A stretch of 64,000 bases of DNA from Candidatus Woesearchaeota archaeon (GTDB lineage Archaea; Nanobdellota; Nanobdellia; Woesearchaeales; SKGA01). Of this stretch, positions 35,833-45,385 are shown one piece after another. The stretch lies in contig JAFGOT010000035.1 of NCBI GenBank assembly GCA_016926395.1, positions 692 through 64,691 of the forward strand, read 5' to 3'. The translations under genes were made by a program, and so were the position numbers. The notes below the pieces were generated by a model. It saw only the letters and a list, made by a program, of their open reading frames with translations. It ran no database searches and was not told where the DNA came from. Each line of letters opens with the position of its first letter. Position 1 is the first letter of the stretch.

Positions 35833-35892
35833 ATGTTTCCGCAGACGTCACATGTAGAAACTTTAGCAATTCTCGAAAAAACAACGAATTAA
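35833..35892 (+). pseudogene. Diverged duplicate of the last ~19 codons of the RumA-like gene
   Basis: Translates MFPQTSHVETLAILEKTTN*, compared with the gene end MFPQTVHVETLCVLHRTD*. It lies 24 nt after the true stop, and the differences are mostly at synonymous or neighbouring positions. Confidence 0.7.
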
Positions 35893-35955
35893 ACACCCCA
35901 AATTATAAGTTTAATTTCTAAAATAAGTTATCTCATAAAGTCTTGAGGTGATTTT

Positions 35956-36198
35956 ATGGGATTAACAAATAAAAAAGAAGAACAACTACGGCGAATGCCT
36001 CTTGTTGAAAGCAAGTTCAAGAAGAGTAAAGATGGAAAATATTTGGTTCATACAACAACCATAACAACTATTCGTCCAATTGCTTACTTCGAAAAAGTTG
36101 TTTCTAGCGAGGGAACTGTTGATGATAGTGAGATTCAAAAAACTCTCGCAGATGATCCGATGGTTGTTGAAGGAGAAGATTTGGTTGCAGAGAATTAA
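35956..36198 (+). CDS. Hypothetical small protein
   Basis: 80-aa ORF with SD-like GAGGTGA upstream. It is followed by a 9-bp hairpin (CTCAGCAAA...TTTGCTGAG, about 36283-36312) and a T-tract. Confidence 0.4.
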   Translation: MGLTNKKEEQLRRMPLVESKFKKSKDGKYLVHTTTITTIRPIAYFEKVVSSEGTVDDSEIQKTLADDPMVVEGEDLVAEN

Positions 36199-36322
36199 TT
36201 TTCTCTTTTTCTTTTTTTAAGATGAAAAATACTCGCTACCAACATCTTAACTTGCGTGAATTAAATAAAAATAACTTAGAATCTCAGCAAACACTTTTTG
36301 CTTTTGCTGAGTTCTTTATTAT

Positions 36323-36339
36323 TTAGTTTTCTTTCAAAA
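36323..36339 (+). promoter_or_regulatory. Shared 17-nt promoter-proximal motif, copy 1
   Basis: TTAGTTTTCTTTCAAAA is followed by the TATA-like GGTTTAAAAA, 40 nt before the wbpB-like ATG. Confidence 0.5.
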
Positions 36340-36378
36340 GGTTTAAAAACGCGGCGTTTCTTGTTTAATTGAGTGGTA

Positions 36379-37329
36379 ATGGTTAAGAATCTTAATTTTG
36401 CTATTATTGGTGTTGGAGGTTATATTGCGCCTCGTCATCTAAATGCTATAAAAGAAAATGGCAATACTGTTGTTGCCTCTGTTGACAAAAGTGACTCTGT
36501 TGGAATAATGGATAAGTATTTTCCAGACGCTAGTTTTTTTACTGAGTTTGAAAGATTTGATAGACATTGCGAAAAATTAAAGCAATCTAATTCAAATGAA
36601 AAAATTGACTTTGTGACTGTTTGTTCTCCTAATTATTTACACGATGCTCACATTCGTTTTGGATTGAGATTGGGAGCAAATGTTATTTGTGAAAAACCCA
36701 TTGTTCTTAATCCTTGGAACATCGATTCTCTAATCAATATAGAAAAAGAAACCGGGAAAAAAGTTTACACTGTTCTTCAATTAAGGTATCATCCAACTAT
36801 TGTTGATTTAAAAAAACGAATTGAAAAAGAATCAAAAAATGAAAAATATGAAATTGAATTGACTTATATGACTCCTAGAGGAAAATGGTATTTTCATTCT
36901 TGGAAAGCTGATTTAGAGAAATCAGGCGGAATTGCAACCAATATTGGTGTTCATTTTTTTGATATGCTAACGTGGATATTTGGTGATGTTATTAAGCAAG
37001 AAGTTCATCTTAATGAAACCAAAAAAATGTCTGGTTACTTGCAACTAGAAAAAGCTAATGTTAAATGGTTTTTATCTTTAGATAGAACTGATTTACCTAA
37101 AGAAAATTTAATTGATAATAAACCGTTTAGATCTATTGTTATTGATGGTGAAGAATTAGAATTTTCTTCAGGATTTACTGATTTGCACACGGAAGTTTAC
37201 AAAAAAACATTGGAAGGAAAAGGGTTTACTATTTCTGACGCTTTGCCTTCAATAAAAATTGTTAGTGAAATGAGAACTCTACCTGTTGTTAATTCTTCTA
37301 TTAACAAGCATCCTTTGGTAAAAAAATGA
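36379..37329 (+). CDS. wbpB: UDP-N-acetyl-2-amino-2-deoxy-glucuronate 3-dehydrogenase (WbpB-like, Gfo/Idh/MocA)
   Basis: Near full-length collinearity with P. aeruginosa WbpB: NFAIIGVGGYIAPRHLNAIK, DSVGIMD, FFTEFERFD, CSPNYLH, VICEKP, LQLRYHP, NIGVHFFDML, FSSGFTDLHT. Confidence 0.9.
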   Translation: MVKNLNFAIIGVGGYIAPRHLNAIKENGNTVVASVDKSDSVGIMDKYFPDASFFTEFERFDRHCEKLKQSNSNEKIDFVTVCSPNYLHDAHIRFGLRLGANVICEKPIVLNPWNIDSLINIEKETGKKVYTVLQLRYHPTIVDLKKRIEKESKNEKYEIELTYMTPRGKWYFHSWKADLEKSGGIATNIGVHFFDMLTWIFGDVIKQEVHLNETKKMSGYLQLEKANVKWFLSLDRTDLPKENLIDNKPFRSIVIDGEELEFSSGFTDLHTEVYKKTLEGKGFTISDALPSIKIVSEMRTLPVVNSSINKHPLVKK

Positions 37330-38015
37330 ACTTGATAAAAGGAAATAATGTTACTCTTGGTTTAAATGTTGTTATTGGTAATAATGTTGTGATTTATGAT
37401 GATGTTGTTATTGGTGATAACGTTCGTATAGATGACAATGTCGTCCTTGGTAAACTTCCAATGAAATCAATTAATTCTGCGGTTACCACGCTAAAACCTC
37501 TTCCTCCTTTAGAAATTGGTTCTAACTGTATTGTTGGTTCTGGTGCGATTATTTATCGTGGCTCAAAAATTAAAGATGGTTGTTTAGTTGCTGATTTAGC
37601 TACTATTCGGGAAAACGTTTTAATTGGTGAAAAAACCATTGTTGGTCGAGGAGTAGCAATAGAAAATGAGTGTTCTGTTGGTTCTAAATGTAAACTAGAA
37701 ACAAACGCATACATTACTGCATATTCTATTATTGAAGACGGTGTGTTTGTTGCCCCTAATGTTAGCACTAGCAATGATAATTTTGTCGGTAGAACAAAAG
37801 ATCGTTTTAAACATTTTAAAGGAGTTGTTGCAAGAAGAGGTTCTCGAATTGGTGTCGGAGCTATTATTCTGCCTGGTATTGAATTGGGTGAAGATTGCCT
37901 TGTAGCTGCAGGATCTTTAGTTACCAAAAATGTTCCTGCAAAAAAAATAGTTATGGGTGTTCCTGCAATAATATTTCGGGATGTTCCTGATGAACAATTG
38001 TTAAAGAATCAGTAA
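37326..38015 (+). CDS. Left-handed beta-helix N-acetyltransferase (WbpD-like)
   Basis: Hexapeptide repeats throughout. Its position between the WbpB-like and WbpE-like genes, with an ATGA overlap, supports the call. Confidence 0.7.
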   Translation: MNLIKGNNVTLGLNVVIGNNVVIYDDVVIGDNVRIDDNVVLGKLPMKSINSAVTTLKPLPPLEIGSNCIVGSGAIIYRGSKIKDGCLVADLATIRENVLIGEKTIVGRGVAIENECSVGSKCKLETNAYITAYSIIEDGVFVAPNVSTSNDNFVGRTKDRFKHFKGVVARRGSRIGVGAIILPGIELGEDCLVAAGSLVTKNVPAKKIVMGVPAIIFRDVPDEQLLKNQ

Positions 38016-38020
38016 GGTGT

Positions 38021-39127
38021 ATGTTAATGGTAATTCCTTTTTTAGATTTGCAAGCGCAATTAAAACCAATAAATAAAGATATTATGGTTGCAGTTAAAGA
38101 TGTAATTGACTCTGGAAATTTCATTATGGGTAATCAAATTAATTTATTTGAGTCGGAGATTGCTTCTTATTTAGGTGTTAAGCACGCAATTTCTTGTGCT
38201 TCAGGAAGCGATGCTCTTCTTCTTTCTTTGATGTCTATTGGTGTTAAGCCGGGTGACGAAATAATTACGTCTCCCTTTACTTTTTTTGCGACTGCAGGTG
38301 CTATATCAAGACTAGGAGCAAAACCTGTTTTTGTAGATATTGATAAACACACTTTTAATATTGATCCTTCTTTAATTGAAGAAAAAATAACTTCTAAAAC
38401 AAAAGCAATTCTTCCAGTACACATTTTTGGCCAGCCTGCTGATATGGATGCCATAATTTCCATTGCAAATAGACGTGGTTTGAAAGTGATTGAAGATGCT
38501 TGTCAAGCTATAGGGTCAGAATATGGTGGTTTAAAAGCAGGCACTATTGGGGATTTAGGCTGCTTTAGTTTTTTTCCAACAAAGAATTTAGGTGCTTTTG
38601 GTGATGGTGGTTTGATAGTGACTAATGATGATAATTTAGCTTCTTATCTAAAAAAAGCTCGTCTTCACGGTTCATCAAAAAAATATCATCATGATTTTGT
38701 TGGTTTTAATTCGAGATTAGATGCCTTGCAAGCTTCAGTATTGCGTATAAAATTGCCTTACTTAGATGTGTGGAATAATCAACGAAGATATGTTGCAGAA
38801 AAGTATTCTTCTCATTTGCAAAATCATTTTATAACGCCTTTTGTTGCTTCTAATGTTGTTCCTGTTTTTCACCAGTATGCTTTGCTTGCTAAATCTGAAG
38901 AAGAGCGTGATTCTGTTTTGGATTATTTAAATTCTCAAAAAATTTCTTCAGGAGTTTATTATCCAATTCCTCTTCACTTACAAGATTGTTTTGCTGATTT
39001 AGGATATTTAAAAGGTGATTTGCCTATTGCTGAAGATGTTTGCAAACGAATATTTAGCATTCCTATTTATCCTGAAGTTGATTATAAAACAGTACTTGAT
39101 TCACTAGATTCTTTTTATCCTAGCTGA
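38021..39127 (+). CDS. DegT/DnrJ/EryC1-family PLP aminotransferase (WbpE-like)
   Basis: IPFLDLQAQ, GSDALLLSL, FFPTKNLGAFGDGG (Lys for PLP). Confidence 0.85.
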   Translation: MLMVIPFLDLQAQLKPINKDIMVAVKDVIDSGNFIMGNQINLFESEIASYLGVKHAISCASGSDALLLSLMSIGVKPGDEIITSPFTFFATAGAISRLGAKPVFVDIDKHTFNIDPSLIEEKITSKTKAILPVHIFGQPADMDAIISIANRRGLKVIEDACQAIGSEYGGLKAGTIGDLGCFSFFPTKNLGAFGDGGLIVTNDDNLASYLKKARLHGSSKKYHHDFVGFNSRLDALQASVLRIKLPYLDVWNNQRRYVAEKYSSHLQNHFITPFVASNVVPVFHQYALLAKSEEERDSVLDYLNSQKISSGVYYPIPLHLQDCFADLGYLKGDLPIAEDVCKRIFSIPIYPEVDYKTVLDSLDSFYPS

Positions 39128-39152
39128 TTATAAGCCCTCTACGCGTTGTTCT

Positions 39153-39169
39153 TTAGTTTTCTTTCAAAA
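39153..39169 (+). promoter_or_regulatory. Shared 17-nt promoter-proximal motif, copy 2
   Basis: Identical TTAGTTTTCTTTCAAAA, followed by CATTTTTAAAT, 34 nt before the epimerase ATG. Confidence 0.5.
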
Positions 39170-39202
39170 CATTTTTAAATCACTTTTCAACCTTTCATAC
39201 TT

Positions 39203-40309
39203 ATGATGAAGAAAGTTCTTTTTGTGGCTGGTGCAAGGCCTAATTTCCCTAAAATAGCTCCTTTAATGCGTGCTTTTAAAGGAATGGATTCTGTTGTAAC
39301 AAAATTGGTTCATACTGGTCAACATTATGATAAAGTAATGTCTGATTCGTTTTTTTCAACTCTGGAAATTCCCGAGCCTGATGTAAATTTTGACGTTCGA
39401 GGTGGTAGTCACGCACAGCAAACAGCCAAAATAATGATTGCTTTTGAAGACTATGTATTAGATGAAAAACCAGATATAGTGGTTGTTGTTGGAGATGTTA
39501 ATTCGACATTAGCTTGTGGTCTTGTCGCAAAGAAATGTCACATCCCTTTAGCACACGTTGAAGCAGGACTAAGAAGTTTCGATAATTCTATGCCAGAAGA
39601 AATTAATAGGATTCTTGTTGATCGAATTTCTGATTTAATGTTTGTAACTGAGCAATCTGGTTTGGATAATTTAAAAAACGAGGGAGTTGATGACTCTAAA
39701 GTTCATTTTGTTGGTAATGTTATGATTGATTCTTTAGTTTTTGCTCTTCCAAAAATACGTGAATCAAATACCTTTTCAAAATATAATTTAGAGAAAGGTT
39801 CTTATGGTTTAATAACCATGCATCGACCTGCAACTGTTGATTTTAAGGACAAACTAGAAAAATACTTGGATTTCTTATTGGAGACTAAATTAGATAAATT
39901 AGTTTGGCCTATTCATCCTAGGACTAAAAACAACATTTCTAAATTTGAATTAGAAGACAAATTAAATTCCATTCCTAACTTAATAATTTTGGAGCCTTTA
40001 GAATATGTTGATTTCATGAATTTAGTTATTAATTCAAAAGTTGTTTTAACTGATAGTGGCGGTATTCAAGAAGAAACCTCTTTTTTAGATATTCCTTGTT
40101 TAACTTTCAGAGAAAACACTGAAAGGCCAGTTACAGCTGATATTGGATCAAATGTTATGGTTGGACGAAATTATGATTTAGCTCTTAAAGTTTTAGCTGA
40201 TTTAGATTCTGGTTCTTTTAAAAAAGCAGAAAAAATTCCTCTATGGGATGGTGATGCAGCTAAAAGAATTGCAAAATTGATACTTGATTATTTAGAAATA
40301 AAAGATTAG
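39203..40309 (+). CDS. UDP-N-acetylglucosamine(uronate) 2-epimerase, non-hydrolysing (WecB/WbpI-like)
   Basis: RPNFPKIAPL, HTGQHYD, GDVNSTLA, HVEAGLRS, PEEINR, DSGGIQEE. Confidence 0.85.
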   Translation: MMKKVLFVAGARPNFPKIAPLMRAFKGMDSVVTKLVHTGQHYDKVMSDSFFSTLEIPEPDVNFDVRGGSHAQQTAKIMIAFEDYVLDEKPDIVVVVGDVNSTLACGLVAKKCHIPLAHVEAGLRSFDNSMPEEINRILVDRISDLMFVTEQSGLDNLKNEGVDDSKVHFVGNVMIDSLVFALPKIRESNTFSKYNLEKGSYGLITMHRPATVDFKDKLEKYLDFLLETKLDKLVWPIHPRTKNNISKFELEDKLNSIPNLIILEPLEYVDFMNLVINSKVVLTDSGGIQEETSFLDIPCLTFRENTERPVTADIGSNVMVGRNYDLALKVLADLDSGSFKKAEKIPLWDGDAAKRIAKLILDYLEIKD

Positions 40310-40315
40310 GATGTA

Positions 40316-42334
40316 ATGCTGATGATAGAAAATAAAAAAGTTTTAGTAACTGGTGGCGCTGGTGCTATTGGCAGCAATTTGGTTGCGGAATTAATAAAGC
40401 ATAATTGCACTGTTTATGTTCTTGATGATTTAAGTTCAGGATATGTTGATATTGTTCCAAACGATCCTCGAGTTCATTTAATTATTGGTAGTATTTTAGA
40501 TGATAAAATACTAGATGATATTTTTCAGAAAAAAATTGATATAGTATATCATTTAGCTGCTTTTTTTGCAAACCAAAACTCTGTTGATCATCCCGAAGCT
40601 GATCTATCTGTAAATATTTTAGGAACTTTAAAAGTATTACAGAGAGCTTCAAAACACAAAGTGCAACGATTTGTTTACACCGGAACTTCTTGTGTTTATG
40701 GAACTACAACTAATGCTATTGAATCAACAACAGATTTTCATTTAGATACTCCTTATGCCATATCTAAATTAACTGGAGAAAAATATGTTTTACAATATAA
40801 CGAACTGTATGGTTTAAGCGCAGTTGTTGTACGTTTTTTCAATTCATTTGGACCTGGAGAAAAACCAGGCAAATATCGAAATGTAATTCCTAATTTTATT
40901 TGGAAAGCAATGAATAATGAGCCTCTAACCATTTATGGTACTGGTGATGAAACTAGAGACTTTAATTGGATGGGTAATGCAGTTCAAGCCCTAATCCTTG
41001 CCGGCACTAAAGAAGGGATTGAAGGAGAGATATTTAATATTGGTTCTGGAAAAGAAACAAAAATTAAAGATTTAGCTGAAGTTATTAACAGAGTCGTTGG
41101 AAACAAAACTCCTATAGAGTATATTCCAAGACGAAAATGGGATACCATTACTAGGCGTGTTGCTAATGTTTCTAAAACAAAAAAAGTTTTAGGTTATGTG
41201 CCTGATGTTGGAGGGTTTGAAGATAAAATACGTCAAACTTATGAGTGGGTTAAAAAACATGCTCGTCCAAAACCACTAAGCTCGATAACATTAATAAGTC
41301 CACGTCCATGGCACGCACAGTGGGGTCAGGAGAAAGAATTAATTTATATCTTGAACGAACACTATAATTTATCTGTTTTAGAGTTATATGATTCTCAAGG
41401 TCATACTTCTGGTTTATCCATTCCTAAAAATACAAATGTAATTTTTAGAAAAACATCTATTAAAAACACTTTTATTCTAGGTTTATTAAATGAGTTTTCT
41501 AATCTTAGAAAAACACTTTTTTCCAAATCTAAAGTAATTATTACATATGTTGCCTCAGGTTCCATTCTAACTCTTCTTTTTGCGAGAGTTTTAGGGAAGA
41601 AAACTGTTTTTATTCTTTCAGAAGATATAGACTCGTTGCTTGGTATGAAGTCTTTCTTTTCAAAAAAAGTTTCTTCTTTTTTCACAAAAATTGCAATTAA
41701 GTTAGCAAATAAATCTGTTGGTCAAACTTACGAGCTTTGTGATTTAATTTCTAAATCAGGGAAGAAGCCAATTTATGTACCTTATGCAGTTGATATGCAA
41801 AGAAACCTTCCTTCAACTTTTGAAAACACTAATAAAATTGGTTATGTGGGTAGTTTAGGAGACTGGTTGGACATTGATTTAATAGACCACTTATTAAAAT
41901 CATTCAAAGAAAAAGAGTTTTATTTTGTTGGTGATGGTTCTAAATTTAGTGTTCTTTCCAAATTATCTAAGAAACATTCTAATTTAGTTTTAGTAAAATC
42001 AGTGGATGAATCAGAAATTGATAAACTAATAGTTTCTTTTGATGCTTGCATATTTCCATTCAAGAAATCAGCCTACACTGATAAGTTAATGCCTTTAAGG
42101 TTCTTAGATTTTATGGCACGTAAGAAAGTGGTAATCTCTTCTGATTTAAAAGAGTTAAAACGGGTTTCAAAAGATGCGTCTCTATTTTCTAAAACAAAAA
42201 GTGAATTTGTTCAAAACATTTCTAAAGTTTACAACTTAGAATTCGCTGATTCGTTGAAAAATCGAGCATTTGACTTGGCTTCTAAGTATGACATAGAGCT
42301 ATTAAGAAGTGATTATCATAAATTAGTTGAGTGA
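40316..42334 (+). CDS. Fusion protein: NAD-dependent sugar epimerase/dehydratase (SDR) N-terminal half plus a GT4/TuaH-like glycosyltransferase C-terminal half
   Basis: The N-terminal half has VLVTGGAGAIGSNL and YAISK (YxxxK). From about residue 325 onward the protein is collinear with the following 360-aa gene (PRPWHAQWGQEKELI versus PRQWNLQWGQEKDLI). Confidence 0.8.
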   Translation: MLMIENKKVLVTGGAGAIGSNLVAELIKHNCTVYVLDDLSSGYVDIVPNDPRVHLIIGSILDDKILDDIFQKKIDIVYHLAAFFANQNSVDHPEADLSVNILGTLKVLQRASKHKVQRFVYTGTSCVYGTTTNAIESTTDFHLDTPYAISKLTGEKYVLQYNELYGLSAVVVRFFNSFGPGEKPGKYRNVIPNFIWKAMNNEPLTIYGTGDETRDFNWMGNAVQALILAGTKEGIEGEIFNIGSGKETKIKDLAEVINRVVGNKTPIEYIPRRKWDTITRRVANVSKTKKVLGYVPDVGGFEDKIRQTYEWVKKHARPKPLSSITLISPRPWHAQWGQEKELIYILNEHYNLSVLELYDSQGHTSGLSIPKNTNVIFRKTSIKNTFILGLLNEFSNLRKTLFSKSKVIITYVASGSILTLLFARVLGKKTVFILSEDIDSLLGMKSFFSKKVSSFFTKIAIKLANKSVGQTYELCDLISKSGKKPIYVPYAVDMQRNLPSTFENTNKIGYVGSLGDWLDIDLIDHLLKSFKEKEFYFVGDGSKFSVLSKLSKKHSNLVLVKSVDESEIDKLIVSFDACIFPFKKSAYTDKLMPLRFLDFMARKKVVISSDLKELKRVSKDASLFSKTKSEFVQNISKVYNLEFADSLKNRAFDLASKYDIELLRSDYHKLVE

Positions 42335-43413
42335 TTTTTATGAAAAAAATATTGTTATTTACTCCGCGTCAATGGAATTTACAGTGGGGTCAGGAGAAAG
42401 ACTTAATTAATCAAATTAATACACACTATAAAATTAAAGTGATTGATTTATTTGACTATTCTGATTTGCCAAACACTTATTCGATTCCAAAAAACACTGA
42501 GTTAGTCATCAGAAAAACCAACACCAAACCTGGATTGTTATTAGGAATAAAAACAGAAATACAAAATGCCAAGCAAGCTTTGAAAAGCGATTTTAACATC
42601 ATGATTACTTATTTAACAGCCGGAACTATACTTGCATCTATTATTTCAAGAATCCGAGGTAAAAAGGTTTTATTGATTTATGCTGACGATTACCCTGAAC
42701 TTAATAGAAACAGTAGCTACGTTGGTTACTTACTAACAAAATATTTTGCTAATCCTATCTTAGCTTTAATGTCAAATAAGATTGTTGCTACAGCAAGACT
42801 TTTAGCTAAAGACATTTCAATAATGGGTAAAAAAGCAGAGAAAATACCTAATGGGGTTCACATTGAATCTTATACTTCAGATAAAAAAATAAAAAATAAT
42901 AATTATACTGTTGGCTTTGTGGGTGGTTTTGGTGAGTGGTTAGATTTTGATTTAATTATTAATGCTGCAAAAAAGTTACCTGCTGTTAATTTTGTTCTAG
43001 TTGGTGATGGACCACAATTTAATTATGTAAAAAAACAAACTAAACAATTGAAAAATGTTCGTTTAACAGGAATGATTCCAAAAGACGAAGTTGTAAAAGA
43101 AATTGATTCTATGAGTGTTTGCACTATTCCCTTCAAAGTCAATCGTCTAACTGATCGTGTTTCCCCAATAAAGCTTTTCGAATATTGGGCAAGAGAAAAA
43201 CCCGTTATTTCTACTAGCTTCTTAGAATTAAAAGAAACCGGAGAAAACATAGTTGAATTTGCAGACTCAAAAGATGATTTTCTAAATAAAATATTGTTGT
43301 TAGAAAATTTAAAATTAAGAAATGAGATTGGTGAAAAAGGAAAGAAAGAAGTTAAAAAATATGATTGGTCCTCATTAGGTAAACGTTATCTAAAAATATT
43401 GGGTGATTTATGA
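42331..43413 (+). CDS. GT4/TuaH-like glycosyltransferase (paralogue of the C-terminal half of the preceding gene)
   Basis: VGFVGGFGEWLDFDLI, FVLVGDGPQ, PIKLFEYWAREKPVIST. Confidence 0.75.
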   Translation: MIFMKKILLFTPRQWNLQWGQEKDLINQINTHYKIKVIDLFDYSDLPNTYSIPKNTELVIRKTNTKPGLLLGIKTEIQNAKQALKSDFNIMITYLTAGTILASIISRIRGKKVLLIYADDYPELNRNSSYVGYLLTKYFANPILALMSNKIVATARLLAKDISIMGKKAEKIPNGVHIESYTSDKKIKNNNYTVGFVGGFGEWLDFDLIINAAKKLPAVNFVLVGDGPQFNYVKKQTKQLKNVRLTGMIPKDEVVKEIDSMSVCTIPFKVNRLTDRVSPIKLFEYWAREKPVISTSFLELKETGENIVEFADSKDDFLNKILLLENLKLRNEIGEKGKKEVKKYDWSSLGKRYLKILGDL

Positions 43414-44234
43414 TGTTACAGTTAGCTAAAGAAGTTGTTGTGAACTTGTTATTTTCAAAACATTACTTCAATAAAAAAATAATTCAGAAATCAAAAAACG
43501 CCTCTAAACCTAAATTTATTTTATCTTTTGACCCTGATGAAGAAAATGATATAAAAAGAATACCTTGGTTATTAGAACTTCTAAAAAAGTATAATATTAA
43601 AGCCAGCTTTGCAGCGATTGGTATTTGGGTGGAAAAATATCCTTTAATCTTTAAACAAATAATCGATGAAGGTCACGAATTAATAAACCACACTTATTCA
43701 CATCCTGATAACCCTGATCTAAACCCCTATAAACATTTTAATAAAATAAGTTCTCAAGAAAGATTTAATGAAATAAAAAAATGTGATGAAGTTGTTTTTG
43801 AGTTATTAAAATATAAAATGAATGGTTTTAGAATACCTCACTTTGGTAATCAGTTTATCGAAGATATTTACCCAATGTTGGAAAAACTAAATTATTCTTT
43901 TTCATCTTCTACATTAGCTATTAAATCAGGAACTGGCGGCGATCCTTACATGGTTGGAAATATAAAAGAGTTTCCTATAATGAATTGTCCAAAGCACGCT
44001 TATTGTATCTTTGACACTTCTCATGCTTTTAGGGCTAAGATTGTTAAACATTCTCCTGATGATTTTATTAATACCTTTAAAGACTTATTATCCATTTCCA
44101 AAAAACATAATCTTTTTCTAAATCTATATCAAGATCCTCAAGATTTGCATAAATTTGATTATGAAAAATTTCTAAAATTAATTGATAAAAACAGGTCACA
44201 CTTCGATATTGTTGTTTATGGTGATATTCTATGA
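43410..44234 (+). CDS. Polysaccharide deacetylase (NodB homology, CE4)
   Basis: SFDPDEE (the TFDD-like motif) and INHTYSHPD (HxxxH). Confidence 0.8.
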   Translation: MMLQLAKEVVVNLLFSKHYFNKKIIQKSKNASKPKFILSFDPDEENDIKRIPWLLELLKKYNIKASFAAIGIWVEKYPLIFKQIIDEGHELINHTYSHPDNPDLNPYKHFNKISSQERFNEIKKCDEVVFELLKYKMNGFRIPHFGNQFIEDIYPMLEKLNYSFSSSTLAIKSGTGGDPYMVGNIKEFPIMNCPKHAYCIFDTSHAFRAKIVKHSPDDFINTFKDLLSISKKHNLFLNLYQDPQDLHKFDYEKFLKLIDKNRSHFDIVVYGDIL

Positions 44235-45385
44235 AAAAAAATAAAATATTAGCTGTCTTTCCTGTTGGAAATATTGATCAATATTTAAAAAAAGGCGAGT
44301 TTAAGAGGCGATATTTTAATCCTGATAATTATTTTGATGACGTTCATTTGTTTAATTTATCAAGCAAAGTATTTTCTGAAGAGGAAAAAACAAAAATCTC
44401 TTTAATGACGGGTAATGCCAAATTGTTTATTCATAGTTTGGGCGATTATTCTTTCAAAAAATCTTTTTTATTTAGACATAAACTTGCGAGAAAAGCCAGC
44501 CATATTCTAAAAGGTGTAAACCCCTCTGTTATTCGTTCATATGGGAATTCAATTGAAGGATATCTTGGAATGTATTGTGCTAAAAAACTACATATTCCTT
44601 TCATTTTATCAATGCACACTCATATGGAAAATGATCATCGAGTTCTTCCAAGGATAGACAAAGAGTATTCTAAGTTCATTTTTTATTCGTTATGGAAACC
44701 TATCGAGAAAAAGATTTTATTTAGCGCAGATATTATTCTGTGTGTTTACAAATATACTCAGTCATACGTTTTGTCAATGGGGATCTCAAAAAACAAAACA
44801 AGACAAATGTATAATCGAGTTTATTTAGATCAATATAAGCCCCTTCCTGATTTAAGAAATAAAGAATTTACATTAATTAATGTTTCAAATATGACTGTCG
44901 GTAAAAATCAAGGAACTTTGATTAAAGCAGTTGCTCCTATTAAAGATGTTAAGTTAATTCTTGTAGGTTCTGGACCTGAATTTAATAATTTTAAAAAATT
45001 GGCTAATAATTTAAATGCAGATAATGTGGAATTTATACCCAAAATAAATAATGAAGACCTTCCAAAGTATTATAATAAAGCTCATGCTTTTATAACTGCT
45101 ATACGACATGGAGGGATAGGAATTCCTCCATTAGAAGCAATGGCTTGCGGTCTTCCAATTATAACTCCAAAACCATTGTTTGAAAGAACACCTGAGCTTG
45201 TTGGCGATATTGCTTTAGTTCCAAAGAATGATCCTGAATCATTTAGAAAAGCAATATTAAAACTAAAAAACAATCCTTCTTTGCAAAAAGAGATGTCAAA
45301 AAAATCTTTAGAATTAATGAAGACAATTTCTGGAGATAAAATGGAACACTATGAAAAATCAGCGTATGAGGAGGTTACTAGATGA
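44231..45385 (+). CDS. Glycosyltransferase family 4
   Basis: LILVGSGPE and GGIGIPPLEAMACGLPIITP. Confidence 0.8.
   Translation: MKKNKILAVFPVGNIDQYLKKGEFKRRYFNPDNYFDDVHLFNLSSKVFSEEEKTKISLMTGNAKLFIHSLGDYSFKKSFLFRHKLARKASHILKGVNPSVIRSYGNSIEGYLGMYCAKKLHIPFILSMHTHMENDHRVLPRIDKEYSKFIFYSLWKPIEKKILFSADIILCVYKYTQSYVLSMGISKNKTRQMYNRVYLDQYKPLPDLRNKEFTLINVSNMTVGKNQGTLIKAVAPIKDVKLILVGSGPEFNNFKKLANNLNADNVEFIPKINNEDLPKYYNKAHAFITAIRHGGIGIPPLEAMACGLPIITPKPLFERTPELVGDIALVPKNDPESFRKAILKLKNNPSLQKEMSKKSLELMKTISGDKMEHYEKSAYEEVTR

Noticed and set aside
21899-35892. An integrated mobile element bounded by the 3'-end duplicates (tRNA-Leu, PCNA, RumA-like)
   Set aside because: Each duplicate pair is only 24-60 bp apart and encloses no cargo. 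No integrase, transposase or phage/plasmid-type gene was found anywhere in the window. They are reported only as scars.
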